Shown here one piece after another: positions 1-16,479 of a stretch of 64,000 nt of DNA (position 1 is the first letter of the stretch; every line of letters starts with the position of its first letter). This stretch comes from Octopus vulgaris. Its lineage: Eukaryota. A program made the position numbers and the translations under genes. The notes beneath the pieces were generated by a model, which was not told the DNA's origin, did no database searches, and saw only the letters and a program-made list of their open reading frames with translations. The stretch is from positions 4,898,001 through 4,962,000 of the forward strand of contig OX597822.1 of NCBI GenBank assembly GCA_951406725.2, in the 5' to 3' direction.

Positions 1-135
1 TGTAACAACTGGGGACTGACATGGTCCACTGGTATGAAAAGAGTGGTGTCACCTTCCAACCAAAAGATTTTGCCCACATGGCATTAGTTTTTGCAGGAAA
101 AAAATAAAGATGGATACTTTTTGAACGCATCTCAT
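1..135 (+). mobile_element. Possible Tc1/mariner 3' end relic
   Basis: Reads DMVHWYEK (like the mariner C-terminal LVHRYDKC), followed by tactttttgaacgcatctcata, which resembles a mariner right TIR ending in TA. Degenerate and cut by the window edge. Confidence 0.3.
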
Positions 136-1167
136 ATGTTTGCTTGCAAGATTTGCATGAATTCGCATTCATTATTTTAATGTCTACTCGTATATTTAAC
201 TCTTTCCTAACACATACAGATGAAAAATATACAGAGAGGCATGTGACATCATATAAAGGCACTCACATAGACGCCCATAACTTTTTACAAGAAAATATCT
301 TAACATTATGATAGCCTAGCAAAGTGGATATTTAATAACTTTGTGTTTCTAACCAAACCAAATAATGGCTATTTCTTTATTGTAAGCTGCTTTCTTGTAG
401 TCATACAGCTCTGTAGCCCATTTGTCTACTTTTCAAGTAAGTTTTCTGAAAGCTATTTAACATTGGCTTTGCACTCTTCTTTACATGTGTGTGAGTGTGT
501 GTGCGTTTGTGTGTATATTTATGTGTGAGTGTGTGTGCGTTTGTGTGTATATTTATGTGTGAGTGTGTGTGTGTATTAGATTCACAAGACATGGATTAAC
601 AATAAGTTACTTTTTTTCCAGGACATAATTTTTGATGTCATAAACTCAGCTAAGTGCATAAATAGCCACAAACAGAAATGTATTAACACATAAACCAAAT
701 ACACTGATTTCCTTCTTTGAAAAAAACCTTCTAACCAATTGTATTACTTACATCATTTGCATCTTCAACAATAAGTAATTTGGTGAGCAGAATAGATTAG
801 ATGTATCATTCTGGTAAACTAATATAATAGGAGTAGCAAAAAAAAAAAAACCCAAAAAAAACAGTCTATAAATTCTTAGAATGGTGTAGCAGAGGATTTG
901 TTATTGTTTTAAAGGAAGAAAATGAACTTCATGCAGAAGTTCTTATTTACAATAGATTCATAGTAATTCTGGTATCCACCTTGGGGCTATTTTCTCACTA
1001 CCATACAACTTTTCAATAAAAACAGCTCAAGTGTAAGCCAAGATTCCATTATCAACACTTTCCTTTCATTCAATAGCAGAGAGATAATAGTAAAAATTTA
1101 GAAATAATAGTAAAAAAAAAATGTGTGTGCATGCGACAGAGTGTATGTGTATACATACACAGATACT

Positions 1168-1246
1168 GTATGTATGTATGTATGTATGTATGTATGTATG
1201 TATGTATGTATGTATGTATGTATGTATGTATGTATGCATGTATGTA
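1168..1246. repeat. (TATG)n microsatellite
   Basis: Direct reading. Confidence 0.95.
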
Positions 1247-2670
1247 TAAACAAATATAATTAAAAGGAGGCATAGTGTAAGAAATAAATGGAATTGTAAA
1301 GTTTCAATGTTTCAAAGAGCAGTAGCATATTGTGAGAGGGTTCTTTAGGTAAATGGCAAGCTAGGAGATGAAAATAGGGTAAAAAAGAAAAGAAACAAAA
1401 AGAAAGAAACAAACCCATCCTCATAGAAAGTCAGAAGACTCAATTATAACAACTAAGATCAAACCTTACATAAAAAAAACCCTAAAAATTCTCCTTATAA
1501 TAACAACAACCACACAAAAGATATTTTTGCTGGGAGGAAAGTTCATTTAGTGTATACATACAGGTAATATTTTGACTTGTAACTTCGATATTTTAATGGA
1601 GAGAAGACATTTTAATTTGAGAGGATGATTGCTAAGTTTTCTGTCAGAGCAGTGAATTGAACAGAGTAAGTAATTAAATATACACAATCATTGTCATCAA
1701 CTCAACAGTGATAATAATAATGCTGACCATTGTTGTGAGGCATATTTAGTTAGATTAAAGCATATGAATATACTCAAAAAGCACTCACCCATTATCTATA
1801 AAAGTTGAAATAATTTCTCTACTTATAAAACCATACTCTTAATAAACCTTGATTCAATAATTCAATCCTTGTTCACCTGAAAATATTTTTAGCTATCATC
1901 TATCAATTTATGATGCCATCATGTTTGATAACAGTCGATCAGTACTGAAGCAAACGTAACAGAGAATATTTCAAAAGAGCATTATTTTCATATAAGATAT
2001 GTGACTCCCTCAGCTCATTAACTTTCTATTTTGTGAATAGTCCCAATGTCTGAACAGGTAAGATATTTAACTCTCAGCCAGAGAATTATGAGTTTTCCAT
2101 CACAGGGGCCCCATTGTGGTTTAAGCAAAGCAGTAAACCAATCATTTGCAAATTTGTGTGATAGCTTAGCAGGAAAGAAAATTATTTACTGATAGATCAT
2201 TAAGGGTCTATTTAAACCATTGGCAGATGCTTCTGACTTGAACAGCTGAGAGAATAATAAAATGTTCAATAATACATTCAAAGTAATAATTATACCTGAC
2301 AAAGAAAAGTCAATTCTTTCTTCATCTTTAATTTCCTCTATTCCCATTTAAACATGTAAGGTAGATATCTATTTGGCACCTTCCTGGAGGGACACCTGTA
2401 ATAATTTGCATTAAGGTAGTATAAAATCATCCATGCCAAAGCTATTCCAAACACAGTATAAATGCAGTCTTAGAGGTTCTTGAATATACTTGCTGTTAAA
2501 AGATAGAGCTCTGTTTTCTGATATGAGATTGTGCTGAAAATACATTCACTTTAGTAATATTATCTCACAATTACACACATACAACAGCTTTTTCCAGTTG
2601 TGTAGAAGCATCAATTTAAATATTGTCCCAATCAGCAGAAAGATTTTGCTGTGTATTATAATTCCTTTAA

Positions 2671-2873
2671 CCCTTTAGCATTCGGATTAGTCAGTCAAAT
2701 GAAATGCTTATTTATTCACATTGTTTTGAGTTAATCATGCATTATCTTGTAACTATGAGCCTTCAGTGGTGTGTTTAGTTTTAGAATGACATTGTAGGGT
2801 AGGTGTAAGAGGCCAAATGTAGCCAGTCTGAAAAACAGCAGGAATATTTGAGCCAGATATGGCCAGTTTAAAC
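2671..2873 (-). mobile_element. piggyBac-like MITE, one TIR lost
   Basis: TTAA|ccctttagcattc start. Body is the reverse complement of the MITEs at 18456 and 62344. Confidence 0.7.
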
Positions 2874-3985
2874 AGCACACAACCCACAACTAACATAGTT
2901 GGTAACTGAGCCTCAACAGAAATACAGAGTCAAATAAATAATGAAATTTGGACCGTAAATGTTCATGTTAACTTAAAATTTGAACAGGACCCTCTGGCTG
3001 AAGGAAGAAACAAAAACTAGTTACTAATCTACATCAAGTTCTAAAATTCCCACAAACAAGTATCGGATTCAGATAGATCTATGATTATATGATTCCCAAG
3101 AGAAACAATAAATTCTTGTTTGCTATGATTCATCATATTTCTCTTGAAATTTACAGAACAGTTACATGTGGAATGGTAAGAAATTGATAGTACAGAATCC
3201 ATGTACTACTTCATGTACTACATGCAGACATAGATATATAAAGACATACAAACAGACACATACACATATATGCATACACGAACATATACATATGCACACA
3301 CTTATACAGCAATAGTGGATGGAATTTGGCTCTAACACAATATAATCAAAATTAATTAATGTTATACTTTACAATTAACAGGTTTACATGTATAATTAAT
3401 AAAAAGTGGATGGGAAAAGAGAATAACATAATTAGGAAGAAAAAAAAAAATTTCAGTGTAGCTAATAAGATTGATTAAGATGTTATGTTATCTGTCTAAA
3501 TGAGTCAAAAGACATTTTACTAAGTAGTCACTTCAAAGAGGAAGAGTAATTAAGAAAAATACTAATGAAATTTGAATTCAATAGAAAATATAGTGAGTTT
3601 TTAGACTTTTTTTGTGGAACTTTAAAGAATCTTGGAAAGTGAAGAAAGTTTAAGAAAACATTGCATTCTTCAAAATAACGAACAAATATCATATTAATTA
3701 CAGCAGCTAATTTTTATATGAATCTCTCTCTATGGCTACAGATTAGATAAGGGTTCACACAGAAGCTTTATATGTCTATGCAACTCTCATCTTGTCATTT
3801 TGCTAATGAGTAGATGAATTTCCAATAACCTTTTTCTTCTCAATAGACCCTAATTTCTCCACGAAAGTGCCTACCTTGCACCTTGCAGTGCTCCTTATAA
3901 TTTGCTTATATTATATGTCTTTTGTCACACAGCCTGCACCTAGAATACACTGAAACTCCTTTATTATAGTCATTATACTTAGTTT

Positions 3986-4328
3986 GTGAAGGCGCATGGC
4001 TCAGTGGTTAGAGCGTCAAGCTTACGGTCATGAGGTTGTGAGTTTGAATCCCAGACCAGGCTCAATGTTGTGTTCTTCAGCAAGACACTTTATTTCACGT
4101 TGGTCCAGTTCACTCAGCTGTAGAAATGAGTTGCAACATCACAGGCGCCAAGCTGTATCGGCCCCTTTGCCTTTCCCTTGGATAACACTGGTGGCATGGA
4201 GAGGGGAGGCCTGTATGCATGGGTGACTGCTGGTCTTCCATAAAACAACCTTGCCTGGACTTGTGCCTGGGAGGGTAACTTTCTAGGTGCAATCCCATCA
4301 TCACTCATGACCGAAGGAGGGTCTCAGC
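3986..4328 (+). mobile_element. tRNA-derived SINE (family C) with CORE-like segment, full length
   Basis: A box tggctcagtgg, B box gagtttgaatccc, CORE-like gcaagacacttt...ctgtagaaatg. Perfect 11-bp TSD atacttagttt at 3975-3985 and 4329-4339. Confidence 0.9.
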
Positions 4329-4666
4329 ATACTTAGTTTATTCCTCTCCACTTGCTGCAAATAAAAACTTTGATGTTCATGGTGACTGCATTGATGCAGC
4401 TTTTGGTTGATAAAAGGTTCATTTCCTGTTTTCGTAGTTAACAACTGCTCCAACAATATGAAAATTAAAAACAACAAAAAGAGCATTCCATCTATGCTAG
4501 CAAGGAATGAATGAATGTTAAACATCATAAAGCAAACAAAATAGCCCTAACAACATTTTTTATGTAAACTATACAGGCAAAGCTTTCTGAAAAGCATTAA
4601 AATAGATTATCAGTGTTCTTTTAAATGAGTTGAAACATTGATTTTTTACTGTTGTCCTCCTCCTCC

Positions 4667-5220
4667 TCATCATCCTCATCGTTTAACGTCCGTTTTCCAC
4701 GCTAGCATGGGTTGGACGGTTCGACCGGGGTCTGGGAAACCAGGAGGCTGCACCAGGCTCCAGTCTGATCAGGCAGTGTTTCTACAGCTGAATGCCCTTC
4801 CTAATGCCAACCACTCCGTGAATGTAGTGGGTGCTTTTTACGTGCCAGGGGAGGCTGGCAGCAGCCTCAATCGGTTGGTGCCTTTTATGTGCCACCGGCA
4901 CAGGTATCACAACTAAAATTTCCATTTGATATTTATTTTGATGTTGATGTACTTGACACAATAGGTCTCCTCAAGCACAGCAGGTCACCCTACAATCCAA
5001 GGTAAGCACAGCAGGTCATTCTGCAATCCAAAGTACTTTGGATGGGCTGGGGCTATGCGAAACTGGTGCAGGAAACAGCCATGAACTCATGTTGTCGGAT
5101 CTTTGCAGTCACAGCATATCTCCAGAGATCTCGGTCGTTCGCCATTGCTTCTGTGAGGTCCAACGTTTTAAGGTCATGCTTGACCACCTCATACCATGTC
5201 TTCCTGGGTCTACCTCTCCA
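4667..5220 (-). mobile_element. RTE LINE 3' fragment (ORF C-terminus, 3'UTR, tail)
   Basis: RGRPRKTWYEVVKHDLKTLDLTEAM...WRYAV matches the C-terminus of the element at 35868-40219. Has the terminal ccatgctagcatgg-type hairpin and a (CAT)n tail on plus. Confidence 0.9.
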
Positions 5221-6089
5221 TTGAAAATAAGTAAAATTAAAAAGGATGAACTGTCCATATTCTACTTCTTTTTTTCTCTTCATGAGCCATATCTATTTTA
5301 CAAATGTCAGCTATCATGGTTTATCATGCCTATGTCTGAGGATTCCTGATTTCTCTAGGGAAAGTGGTTTCTCATTGCCTTCTACTAAATTATTGATGGT
5401 TTGCTCTGCTAGTTTCTTACTCTCCCAAGCTTACCCTTCAGACATGGTACCTGTTTAAATATTTATGCAAAGGTAATGGTTAATGTGACATCAAAGCATG
5501 TCTACACACTGGTGGGCCTGAGTGTCACATAACCCAAGACCAGTTTTCCTCTGAGTCATATGTGCCCCAGCATCTTCTGCTCTTTGACCCATCAGGGGCT
5601 CTTTACAGGTACTCTCATCCCAAATCTCAGTGAATCTAGGAGTAGTGGTGACTAAGGGGTAGTTTTATGCCTACCAAAACTCCTGGTCTGTTTACATGTC
5701 ATTTTAATAACCCCACCAACACCACTTTCACAGAGAACTATCAGGATATTCCCCCCTGGCAGCTTAAACTATGTTGCTCTGTGGAGACATCCTTATCTCT
5801 GACAGTCCCTATATCTCCCACCTGCTTACAAAATGAAAGTGACCTTTATGCCTAACAAATAATGAACTTCAACCACCAGTCTGTTGAGAACTAAATTGCC
5901 CAATCTCCACATCATAGAGATAGTTATGACTTCTGAGCTACCTAAAATGTTGGGCACTCAGTGAGGGAGACATTAACTCTGCAAGAAACCACAAAGGTAA
6001 CCTGTATAGGAAATCAGTAACTGAATAAAGGTTGATATGGTGTGGAGAGGATGCTTTAGCACTGATACTTTTTCTACAAAAAAAATGCA

Positions 6090-6900
6090 CTCAGTCCATA
6101 CAACAAAATGGTTGATGACAAGAATGGCAGCTGATTAATAAAACTATGCCAAAATCATGGCCATTCCCAATACAACAGCACATCCTAAATACATTAACAA
6201 GACTAATTTTCACCATGATAGTGCTGTACAAGGATATTGGAATAACTAAGAGGGAACATTTAGCCATGTGTGAATACATCTCATTCATCATCAACACTCA
6301 TACAACAGATGCAGAAAACAGACATCAAACACTCCACCCACCTTTGGAAAGTCCCCCTTATACTTTGAAGTGCAAAACTTTGGGGCTACTCCAATAAGCA
6401 CTAACATGGAAAAAGGTTGATTAGGAGAAATTTTAGAGATGTTGGTATAGAGGTGAACTGATGTGTACAGCGTGCAATATGCAAGATGGAAGTGAGCCTC
6501 TGCCACAGTATTCATAGGAAAGAAACACAAGTACAAATTCTTTTGGATGGGTGGAATAAAATACTGATACTATTGGCAGAGAAAAGGAAACGAAGTAATT
6601 AAGGTATTTAGTATAAGTAAGAAAATGATTAAGCCTACACTAGCCAATGGCATCATGGCTGTGACAGTTGTATTTGCATGACTGACAAATGAGCAAAGAA
6701 CCATTTCTATGAGGTCTTCTGGCAGACTATTTCGGTAATGAATGACACTGACCTCATCATGCTGAAGTAACCATCATGGCTTTGCCCATTTGGTGGCTTT
6801 AGATATGGTATGAGGAATGAGGATGATGGATTAAAGATCCATACAGTTTTGCAACACAAATGGTCCAACCATTTGCAACACAAACATCATGGAACAGGCC
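6090..6900 (-). mobile_element. Highly degenerate Ty3/gypsy integrase-like relic
   Basis: In order on the minus strand: NGW, HDGYFSMMR (cf. HxGHxGxxR), SCKYNC (CxxC-like), WQRL (cf. PWQRLHID) and IGNGHDF (cf. SDNGPQF). Many stops and frameshifts; boundaries approximate. Confidence 0.35.
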
Positions 6901-8570
6901 CACGACATCATCACTTATCAATCAGATGAATATATACTCCATGTAGGCTTCATATTCACCATGAAACAGAATAGACAACTAGCTGTAAATAGTCAGTTTT
7001 TTCCTTGGTGAAAACTGTAACCACTCAACATAGGTAGTTATAAGTGACTACAGATTACTGATCACAAATTATTGTTCTAATTTTATTTGTTTTTTGATTG
7101 CCTGTTACTGTTAAATAATTTTACATGTGGTTGAAATCTAATTTGGTCAATTTATAGACTTAAAACATGCAGCATTAACATTTATGATTGGTTTAAGGAA
7201 AGAACTAGTGCTTGTCTTTTGGTAGGTATATGCCTCAATGCAATTCCTTTCCTCTCATCATCCCTATATATTCCTATAGTCTTAAAAGTTCTGATGGTGA
7301 CATAAGGTAGGGTATGTGGACACAAGATCTCTTTTGTGCAGGTGAGTTTAACAGAATAAATAATGAATTTATTGTATACAATTAAGCTTAAATAATGAAA
7401 GTATTCCATTCATCTCCCGTTTTATCACTTTAATAATTTCTTCATTATGTAGAAATACAGTGTACCATCATTTAAAGATATTGCAGTTATTTCATGAAGC
7501 AATATTTAATTTTACCTGATTGTAGTGTTCAGCACATCTTGCTTCAGTACCCACAATACCCCACAACTATTAGAGCAGATTAAATCATCAACTGTTAAGG
7601 TATGGATACATGTTGTAGAGAAACTTCTTTGCAGATAATAGATACCTAACAAAATACCACCATTTATAACAATGTTGTTCAATGTCATGTTTTGTTTTAA
7701 AAACTGGTATTATATAAATAACTAGGCAGGACTTGCTTCTAAGAATCTTGTATCTGGAACTGTGATGGTTTGGCTTCTGTGCTTTAGCGTGCTAATGCTT
7801 AGTCTACCAATCTTTTGTTTAATATTGTATTGCTTTTCTATAGAGCCTAAAGTATTGATCCAAATATTAATTTTTTTTATATATAAAACTATATTGGTGG
7901 AATACTTATTTTAGAGGAAACAATAAAACGAAATGTTATCATTTTACTTAATAATACTTTATCAAAACCGTTGCTTCGTTTCAAACCCTAATTTAATTTC
8001 AATACAAATCAAAAAAAAAATGATAATGGTTTTACATACTATAAAAAACTAAGTTAAATTTTTCTGAAAGTGTTATCCATTAATTTCTTTGTTTTATGTT
8101 ATTCCTCTTTTATATCCTTTTAGAGATAATACCATTTTTTAGAATTAACAAATATACAATAATCTTTTAGATCTTTCGTGGAATCATATAAGGTTGAAAG
8201 TAGAACAGCTATTACGCTCAATCAAAACCTTAATCACAAAAACTCGATTGAAATTTTGTAGTACTTAATACTTCAAAGGAAACAGATTATATATTTTAAT
8301 GTCACAAAGTGGGACATTAGCAAAACTTGTGCTTATTTAATAAATGTAGCCTTTAACAGTCCTGAAGAGTTGTTGAAATTAGTCTAAGAACAAATTCTAA
8401 GCAAATTTTAAAATATTCTTACTGGTTTTAAATTTGATTTTCCAGGTTACAATGAAGCAAATATTTTTTTCTAAATTGGAATATTTTTTATCATAAATAC
8501 AAATGTTTATTATAGCTATGATGTTGGGTAGCAGCCATTTTCATCTGGACAGACTAATAAATGCATAATT

Positions 8571-8977
8571 ACTCTTTTACTTGCTTCAGTCATTTGACTG
8601 TGGCCATGCTGGAGCACCACCTTTAGTCAAGCAAATCGACTCCAGGACTTATTCTTTGTAAGCCTAGCACTTATTATATCAGTCTCTTTTGCCGAACCGC
8701 TAAGTTATGGGGACGTAAACACACCAGCATCGGTTGTCAAGCGATGTTGAGGGGACAAACACAGACACACAAACATATACACACACATACATATACATAC
8801 ATATATACACATATATGACAGGCTTCTTTCAGTTTCCGTGTACCAAATCCACTCAAAAGGCTTTGGTTAGCGTGAGGCTATAGTAGAAGACACTTGCCCA
8901 AGGTGCCACGCAGGTGGAATGAATCCGGAACCATGTGGTTGGTAAGCAAGCTACTTACCACACAGCCACTCCTGCTT
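8571..8977 (-). mobile_element. tRNA-derived SINE family A, full length
   Basis: Reverse complement of 13527-13940: head, ccttgggcaagt CORE-like motif, internal microsatellite and tail. Confidence 0.92.
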
Positions 8978-9010
8978 ACTATACAAAACAATATTTACAA
9001 TACATACATT

Positions 9011-10769
<1,759 letters not shown>

Positions 10770-12082
10770 CATTGTACACATTAACCCCACAACTAGAGTG
10801 ACTTTTGTATGATTAAGTTAAGAGGACGGGGCAGTGCCAGTTAACCATTGAATGCCTTCTCAGACTGATAAGTTTTATACGGTTGATGCATCATTTGAGT
10901 ATTTGTAAAAAAGAAGTAGGAGGGAAGGAAATTTCAGAGAGGAATTATATATCTCTTTACCATTTTCAGCAAACTGAGAGGCCACATAAAAGCTATCTTG
11001 GTGACTCAATGTGAGATGGCCCTGGGCAAAGGTGGTATGCAACTAGCCTGTACAGAAGAGCAGAGGCCATTCTAGTGAAAGAAGAGTGAAAAGACAGTAT
11101 GTTCTGTGGGTCAGGATTGTACATATCTTTAATATATATATATTAGTTACATGTCGTGCAAATATGTAGATGTAACTTCATCACATCACTCTGTATTTTC
11201 AGACATCTGTCAGATGTCATCATTTCAGTAAACCAAACATAATTCTGAATTTATTAAATTACATTGTTAAAGAAACAGATATGAAGAAACCTGTGACTAC
11301 ACAACACATTTCCTACAGCATATATATGATGAAGTTTCAACTGATTTCTTTCACTGTCTTTAGCTGATATCTACCATTAAAATTGGTATCTCTCTCTCAC
11401 ACACACACATACATACACCCTTCAATGATGTAATGCAAACTTGTTTGCTCTAATGTCAGTGTTGGTAGCAATCATAGAAACAACATACTAGTCTTGAAGA
11501 TTGGTAACGATTGCAAATGTATTTAGTTTCATGAAATAAGAATAAATAAATGAAAGTTTCTTTGTTAATAAGTTTACTGTAAAAGTAGTCTTGTCTTTAG
11601 TTTATCCTGATAGTGCCAAAATGGTTGTAGTACTACTTCAAAACTGCAAGGAAATTAAGCAGAAAAAAAAAGACAAGACAAAAAAAAATGCATTGAGAGC
11701 AAATGGAAAGTTGCAAACAAAATAAGAATTAACAGAAGAACTGAAAGATTTTGATTTAAAAGATGAATTGAAAGAAAAGAAAATTAATTTAAAGGTTAGA
11801 GAAGTTTGGAGAAAAATATTTTGGAAAAGAAGTAAATGATTTGAAAAGAAGAAATATTTGGAAGAAAAATAAAAACAAAATGGAAAACAAACAAACCACA
11901 ATATGAATCGTGTTTAATGATAAAGTTGATATATGTGAAAGAGAAGAATAAATATAATGAAAACTGCTATGGTAAGGCAAACAAATCACCATTTCAAACA
12001 GAAATTTTATATAAAAGTCAAAACTACCGTCTCAAAGATGAAATGAAACATTTCCTTTTCTGCAATTTTCTTTGCCACAACA

Positions 12083-12141
<59 letters not shown>

Positions 12142-12307
12142 ACAATAAATGATTGTGTTTGTGTGAGAGTGAGAGAGTGAGTTAGTGAAGATTGGTTATG
12201 TATTTGTATGAGTAATATTAGTATCATTGGAGTGGTAGTAGTAGCATCATCATCATCATCAATAGTAGTAGTCATCACAATAGTTAGAGCAATGGAAATA
12301 GCCATGA

Positions 12308-12339
<32 letters not shown>

Positions 12340-13526
12340 GGTAAAGATAGTACTGGTGGTGGAAGTTGTAGTAGTAGCGGTAGTTTCAGATGGTGATGGT
12401 GGTGATGATGGTAGTAGCGAATGTGTATTTGTGTTGAGTTGTAGTCACAGCAACAGCTACAGCATTAGTATTTGTAACACTAGAAGCAATAGTACTATTT
12501 GTAGAAGTTGTAGTAATAATTTATCATAGAATAGCAATGGAAGTAATAATCAAAGTATTAGTAGTAGCAGTAGTAGTAGTAGTAACAACAACAACAATAC
12601 AGATCTTGTAGAACAAAATCAATATCAATGTAAAACAGAATTAAAGCAAATATATTTTCAATTACTTCTTTTATTTCCAATAATTTTACCCACCGTCTTT
12701 TTCCAACTAAAACCTCTTATTTTACAGCATTGCTTAGTCTTTTATTTATTTATTTATTTTTTCTTAAGTATAAGACAAATTTAAATTATAACACAAAATT
12801 ACTATTTCATTATCTGAAATGATCAAAGCAAGAATTTCTTTTGCTAGGTGATTCAATTTAGTCACACAAGAAATAGTTCATACACACATACATACATGTG
12901 TATGTCAGCATGTATAAACACAAATATATTCGAAAAAGTGTTTGTGTGTGTATGCATGTGTATGTATATGAGGGGAAGGAAGAGAGTGTTTGTTTCCTTT
13001 TATTTTCTTCTTTTTTTTTTATCACAGATAAAATTAACTAAAAGAAAAATATTCAATGAAACAGAAAGTGTTTTAGAGATTAGACAGAAATACAAACAAC
13101 AAAATTCTGATCTGGAGAAACAGATAGCAAAAGAAAGAAGTATTTAGCAGAGAGAGAGAGAGAGGGGTGGGTGGGAGACAGAGAGATAGAATTAGATAGC
13201 AAAGAGAGAGAGAAGAGAGAAAAGATAAATCATAATGATATGTCATAATAGATGCAGCAAAAGCAAAAGATCAATGAATGGTTTTAGTTCAGGTTGAGGA
13301 ACTATAATGGCCAAACGACTAGGAGTAGTAGTAGTAGTTGTTGTTCAACCACAGGTCAGACATGACTGAACAAACATATGAACAAAGACATTCCAACTGT
13401 GACCGTCCAATCTTTCATTCAGTCATAGTGTATCTTATTTAAACCTACTTTATTCAATGTATCTTTGTATTTTGAAGATAAGAGGGTGTAACTTGAAAAT
13501 TTTAACTGCTATTTCCAACAGACTTA

Positions 13527-13697
13527 GGCGCAGGAGTGGCTGTGTGGTAAGTAGCTTGCTAACCAACCACATGGTTCCGGGTTCAGTCCCACTGCATGGC
13601 ATCTTGGGCAAGTGTCTTCTGCTATAGCCCCGGGCCGACCAATGCCTTGTGAGTGGATTTGGTAGACGGAAACTGAAAGAAGTCTGTCGTATATATG

Positions 13698-13730
<33 letters not shown>

Positions 13731-13940
13731 GTTTGTGTGTCTGTGTTTGTCCCCCTAGCATTGCTTGACAACCGATGCTGGTTTGTCTACCATCCCCGTC
13801 ACTTAGCGGTTCGGCAAAAGAGACCGATAGAATAAGTACTGGGCTTACAAAGAATAAGTCCCGGGGTCGATTTGCTCGAGTAAAGGCGGTGCTCCAGCAT
13901 GGCCGCAGTCAAATGACTGAAACAAGTAAAAGAGTAAAAG
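13527..13940 (+). mobile_element. tRNA-derived SINE family A, young full-length copy
   Basis: ggcgcaggagtggctgtgtgg (A box), gggttcagtccc (B box), cttgggcaagt CORE-like motif, internal (TA)n(TG)n, (gtaaaaga) tail. TSD agactta at 13520-13526 and 13941-13947. Confidence 0.95.
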
Positions 13941-14340
13941 AGACTTAGTGACAGTGTAAAGACCCCCTCACTGGCCTGTGGTTAGAATAGAGAAGTTATA
14001 AACTCATGCAAGTTGCTCAGTTGGTAACTTGCCAAAGGGTTGGTTGGTCCATTGGCAAGGCACTAAGTTTTAAGAGCCCAGAAGAGGACGTAACAACAGC
14101 AAGCTGTAGCGGCTTTCACGGAAATGTCTCATCAATGACTTTAAATGAACTGATGTAAATGCATAGAATGACAAAGCCTGGCCAGTGGTGTGAGGAACAC
14201 AGCAGAACATTTAGAGGTACAAGTCCTTTGCATTAACAAAGACTAGCCAAAAGTATAGAGAAGCTACAATAGACTATAAAGAAATGTAATTCCTTCTTAC
14301 GATGAGGGAGCAATGATTTAAGGTAGGGAATTCACAACAG

Positions 14341-14730
14341 ATCATCATCATCATTTTTGTTTAATGTCCACTTTTCTGAGCTTACACGGTCAGATGAATT
14401 TACTGAGGCAGAATTTTCTATGGCCCTTCCTGTTACTGTTTCCAGGCCATGAAATGTTTCTCACAGCTGGATATGTTTCCATGGAAGATTCAAAATGAAG
14501 GACACCGCTTGTATGATGGTGATGTTTCTTTACAACTATTGCACAATGTCAAGACAAGGAGACACAAACATGGAAAGCATGGCTGTGGGGTAAGAAGCTT
14601 GCTTTCCAAATACAAGGTTCTGGGTTCAGTCCCATGGTGTGGCATACTGGGTTAGTGTCTTCTACTATAGCCTTAGGCTAGCCAAAGTTTTGAGAGTGGA
14701 TTTGGTACATGAAAACTGAAAGAAGCTCAA

Positions 14731-14788
<58 letters not shown>

Positions 14789-15194
14789 CACACACAAAGA
14801 CACATATGCGTATCTATGTGTGTCCATGTTTGTCCCCCAACCATCATTTGACAACTGATGTTGGTGTGTTTATGTCTCTGTAACTTAACAGTTTGGCAAA
14901 AGAGATCAATTGAATAAATACAAGGTTTTAAAAGAATAAGTCTTGGGTTGATTTATTTGACTAAAAAAAACCCTTAATTCCGGTGTCCAGCATGGCTGCA
15001 ATCAAATGACTGAAACAAATAAAAGATATGAGGTGGGCTTCTTTCAGTTTCTGCCTACCAATACACTCACAAAGCTTTGATTGGTCCCAGGCTATAGTAG
15101 AAGACACTTGCCCAAGGTGCCATGCAGTAGGACTGAAGATGAAACCTTGTGGTTGTGAAGCTAATTTCTTAACAACACAGCCATGCCTGTGCCT
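14341..15194 (-). mobile_element. Older SINE (family-A head plus RTE-type tail), interrupted by a younger SINE
   Basis: Head at 15035-15194; body and (CAT)n tail at 14341-14570. Colinear with the uninterrupted copies at 17907 and 26455. Confidence 0.7.
14572..15027 (+). mobile_element. SINE family A (nested)
   Basis: Colinear with 13527-13940. Confidence 0.88.
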
Positions 15195-15449
15195 CTCAGA
15201 TAGATATCATACAAAAATAACTGATGCAGGTGACCCATGAAGTAAAGAAATTGAAATAAATTACTAACAGATGGTTGGCAGTGCAATGAAATATATCAAA
15301 TGAGCCAAACAGAAAGATGCATAATATGGAGAATGATAAGATAAGAATTCAGTGGAGATTGTCAACACTCATTTGCGCTTGGACCCTTAACTAGTAAGCT
15401 GCAGGATACTTACTGAATTTAAAACTTTTATCTCCCTCTCTCTCTCTGG

Positions 15450-15900
15450 CTGGATAACCATGTACCTCCTCTACAGCAAGACACCTGTTTCTGTCTCTCT
15501 GTCACACTTTAACGTTTCATCATCTGACACAAGATCACCTCCTCTAATGCCCCTCTCCTCACAAAGATTCCTTGTCTTGCAAAGTTACTTGGTGATCCTG
15601 CCAGTGCAGGCGCCATTTAAAAAGCATCCAGTCCACACTGTAATGTAGTTGGCATTTGGAAGGGCATCCAGCTGTAAAAACCATGCCAAAACTGACCTCA
15701 CCAGTGCTGGTACCACATAAAATTCATTCAGCTCACTCAGTAGAGTGGTTGGTGTTAGGAAGAGTATCCAGCCATAAAAACCATGCCAAAACAGAGAGAG
15801 AAGCATAGCACAGGCTCCTGCCTGGCCAGCTCTTGTTAAACCATCTAACCCATGCCAGCATGGAAGGAGGATGTTAAACGATAATGATGATGATGATGAT
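15450..15900 (+). mobile_element. Element ending in the RTE 3' module (about 100-bp submodule duplicated)
   Basis: gaagggcatccagctgt module present twice, ccatgccagcatgg hairpin, (GAT)n tail. Related copies at about 16480-16834 and 46270-46608. Confidence 0.75.
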
Positions 15901-16227
15901 GGAGTGAACTAGAAAGAAATGAGCGTTTCAGCCATGGACACAGTATGTAAACCAACAATAATTTGGCTTGTAAGGGCTATAGGAACCCTACTTAACTTAG
16001 GTGTAATGCAGTTTAGTATTTGGATTACATGCAACAAGAAAAGAGTAGTTAGTAGCATAATTCTAGAGCTTTTAACTCAGAGATTCCACACAGGGGACAG
16101 GTATTATTTTATCATTTCTCACTGAATGTATGGACTGTTGTCCTAATCAACAGGACTGAGAGTGTCTCATGGTATAATTAACCATAGGTTTTATAGAATC
16201 ATCATCATTTTGCCAACTCCTGTGCAT

Positions 16228-16418
16228 GGGGACAAACATACGCCCTTGCATATACACATGCAATGAGCTTCTTTCAGTTTCTATCAACCAAATCTACCCA
16301 CAAAGCCTTGATTAGCCTGGAGTTAAAGTAGAAGGCACTTGCCCTGGATGTCACACACTAGAACTGAACTTATAACCATCTGATTGGTAAAGAAATTTAA
16401 TATGCCATGTCTGTGCCT
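16228..16418 (-). mobile_element. SINE family A head fragment
   Basis: Similarity to other copies in the window. Confidence 0.75.
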
Positions 16419-16479
16419 AAATACAAAATAATGTATTCTCTCTCTCTCTCTCTCTCTCTCTCCTTCTTTATCTTAACTC

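Noticed and set aside
3991-4065. tRNA gene (also heads of SINE families A, B and D)
   Set aside because: A and B boxes only. They continue into SINE bodies, some with TSDs, and I could not build a full cloverleaf.
10790-11125. Possible L1/Tx1-type 3' relic
   Set aside because: Too degenerate to recover a convincing peptide motif by eye.
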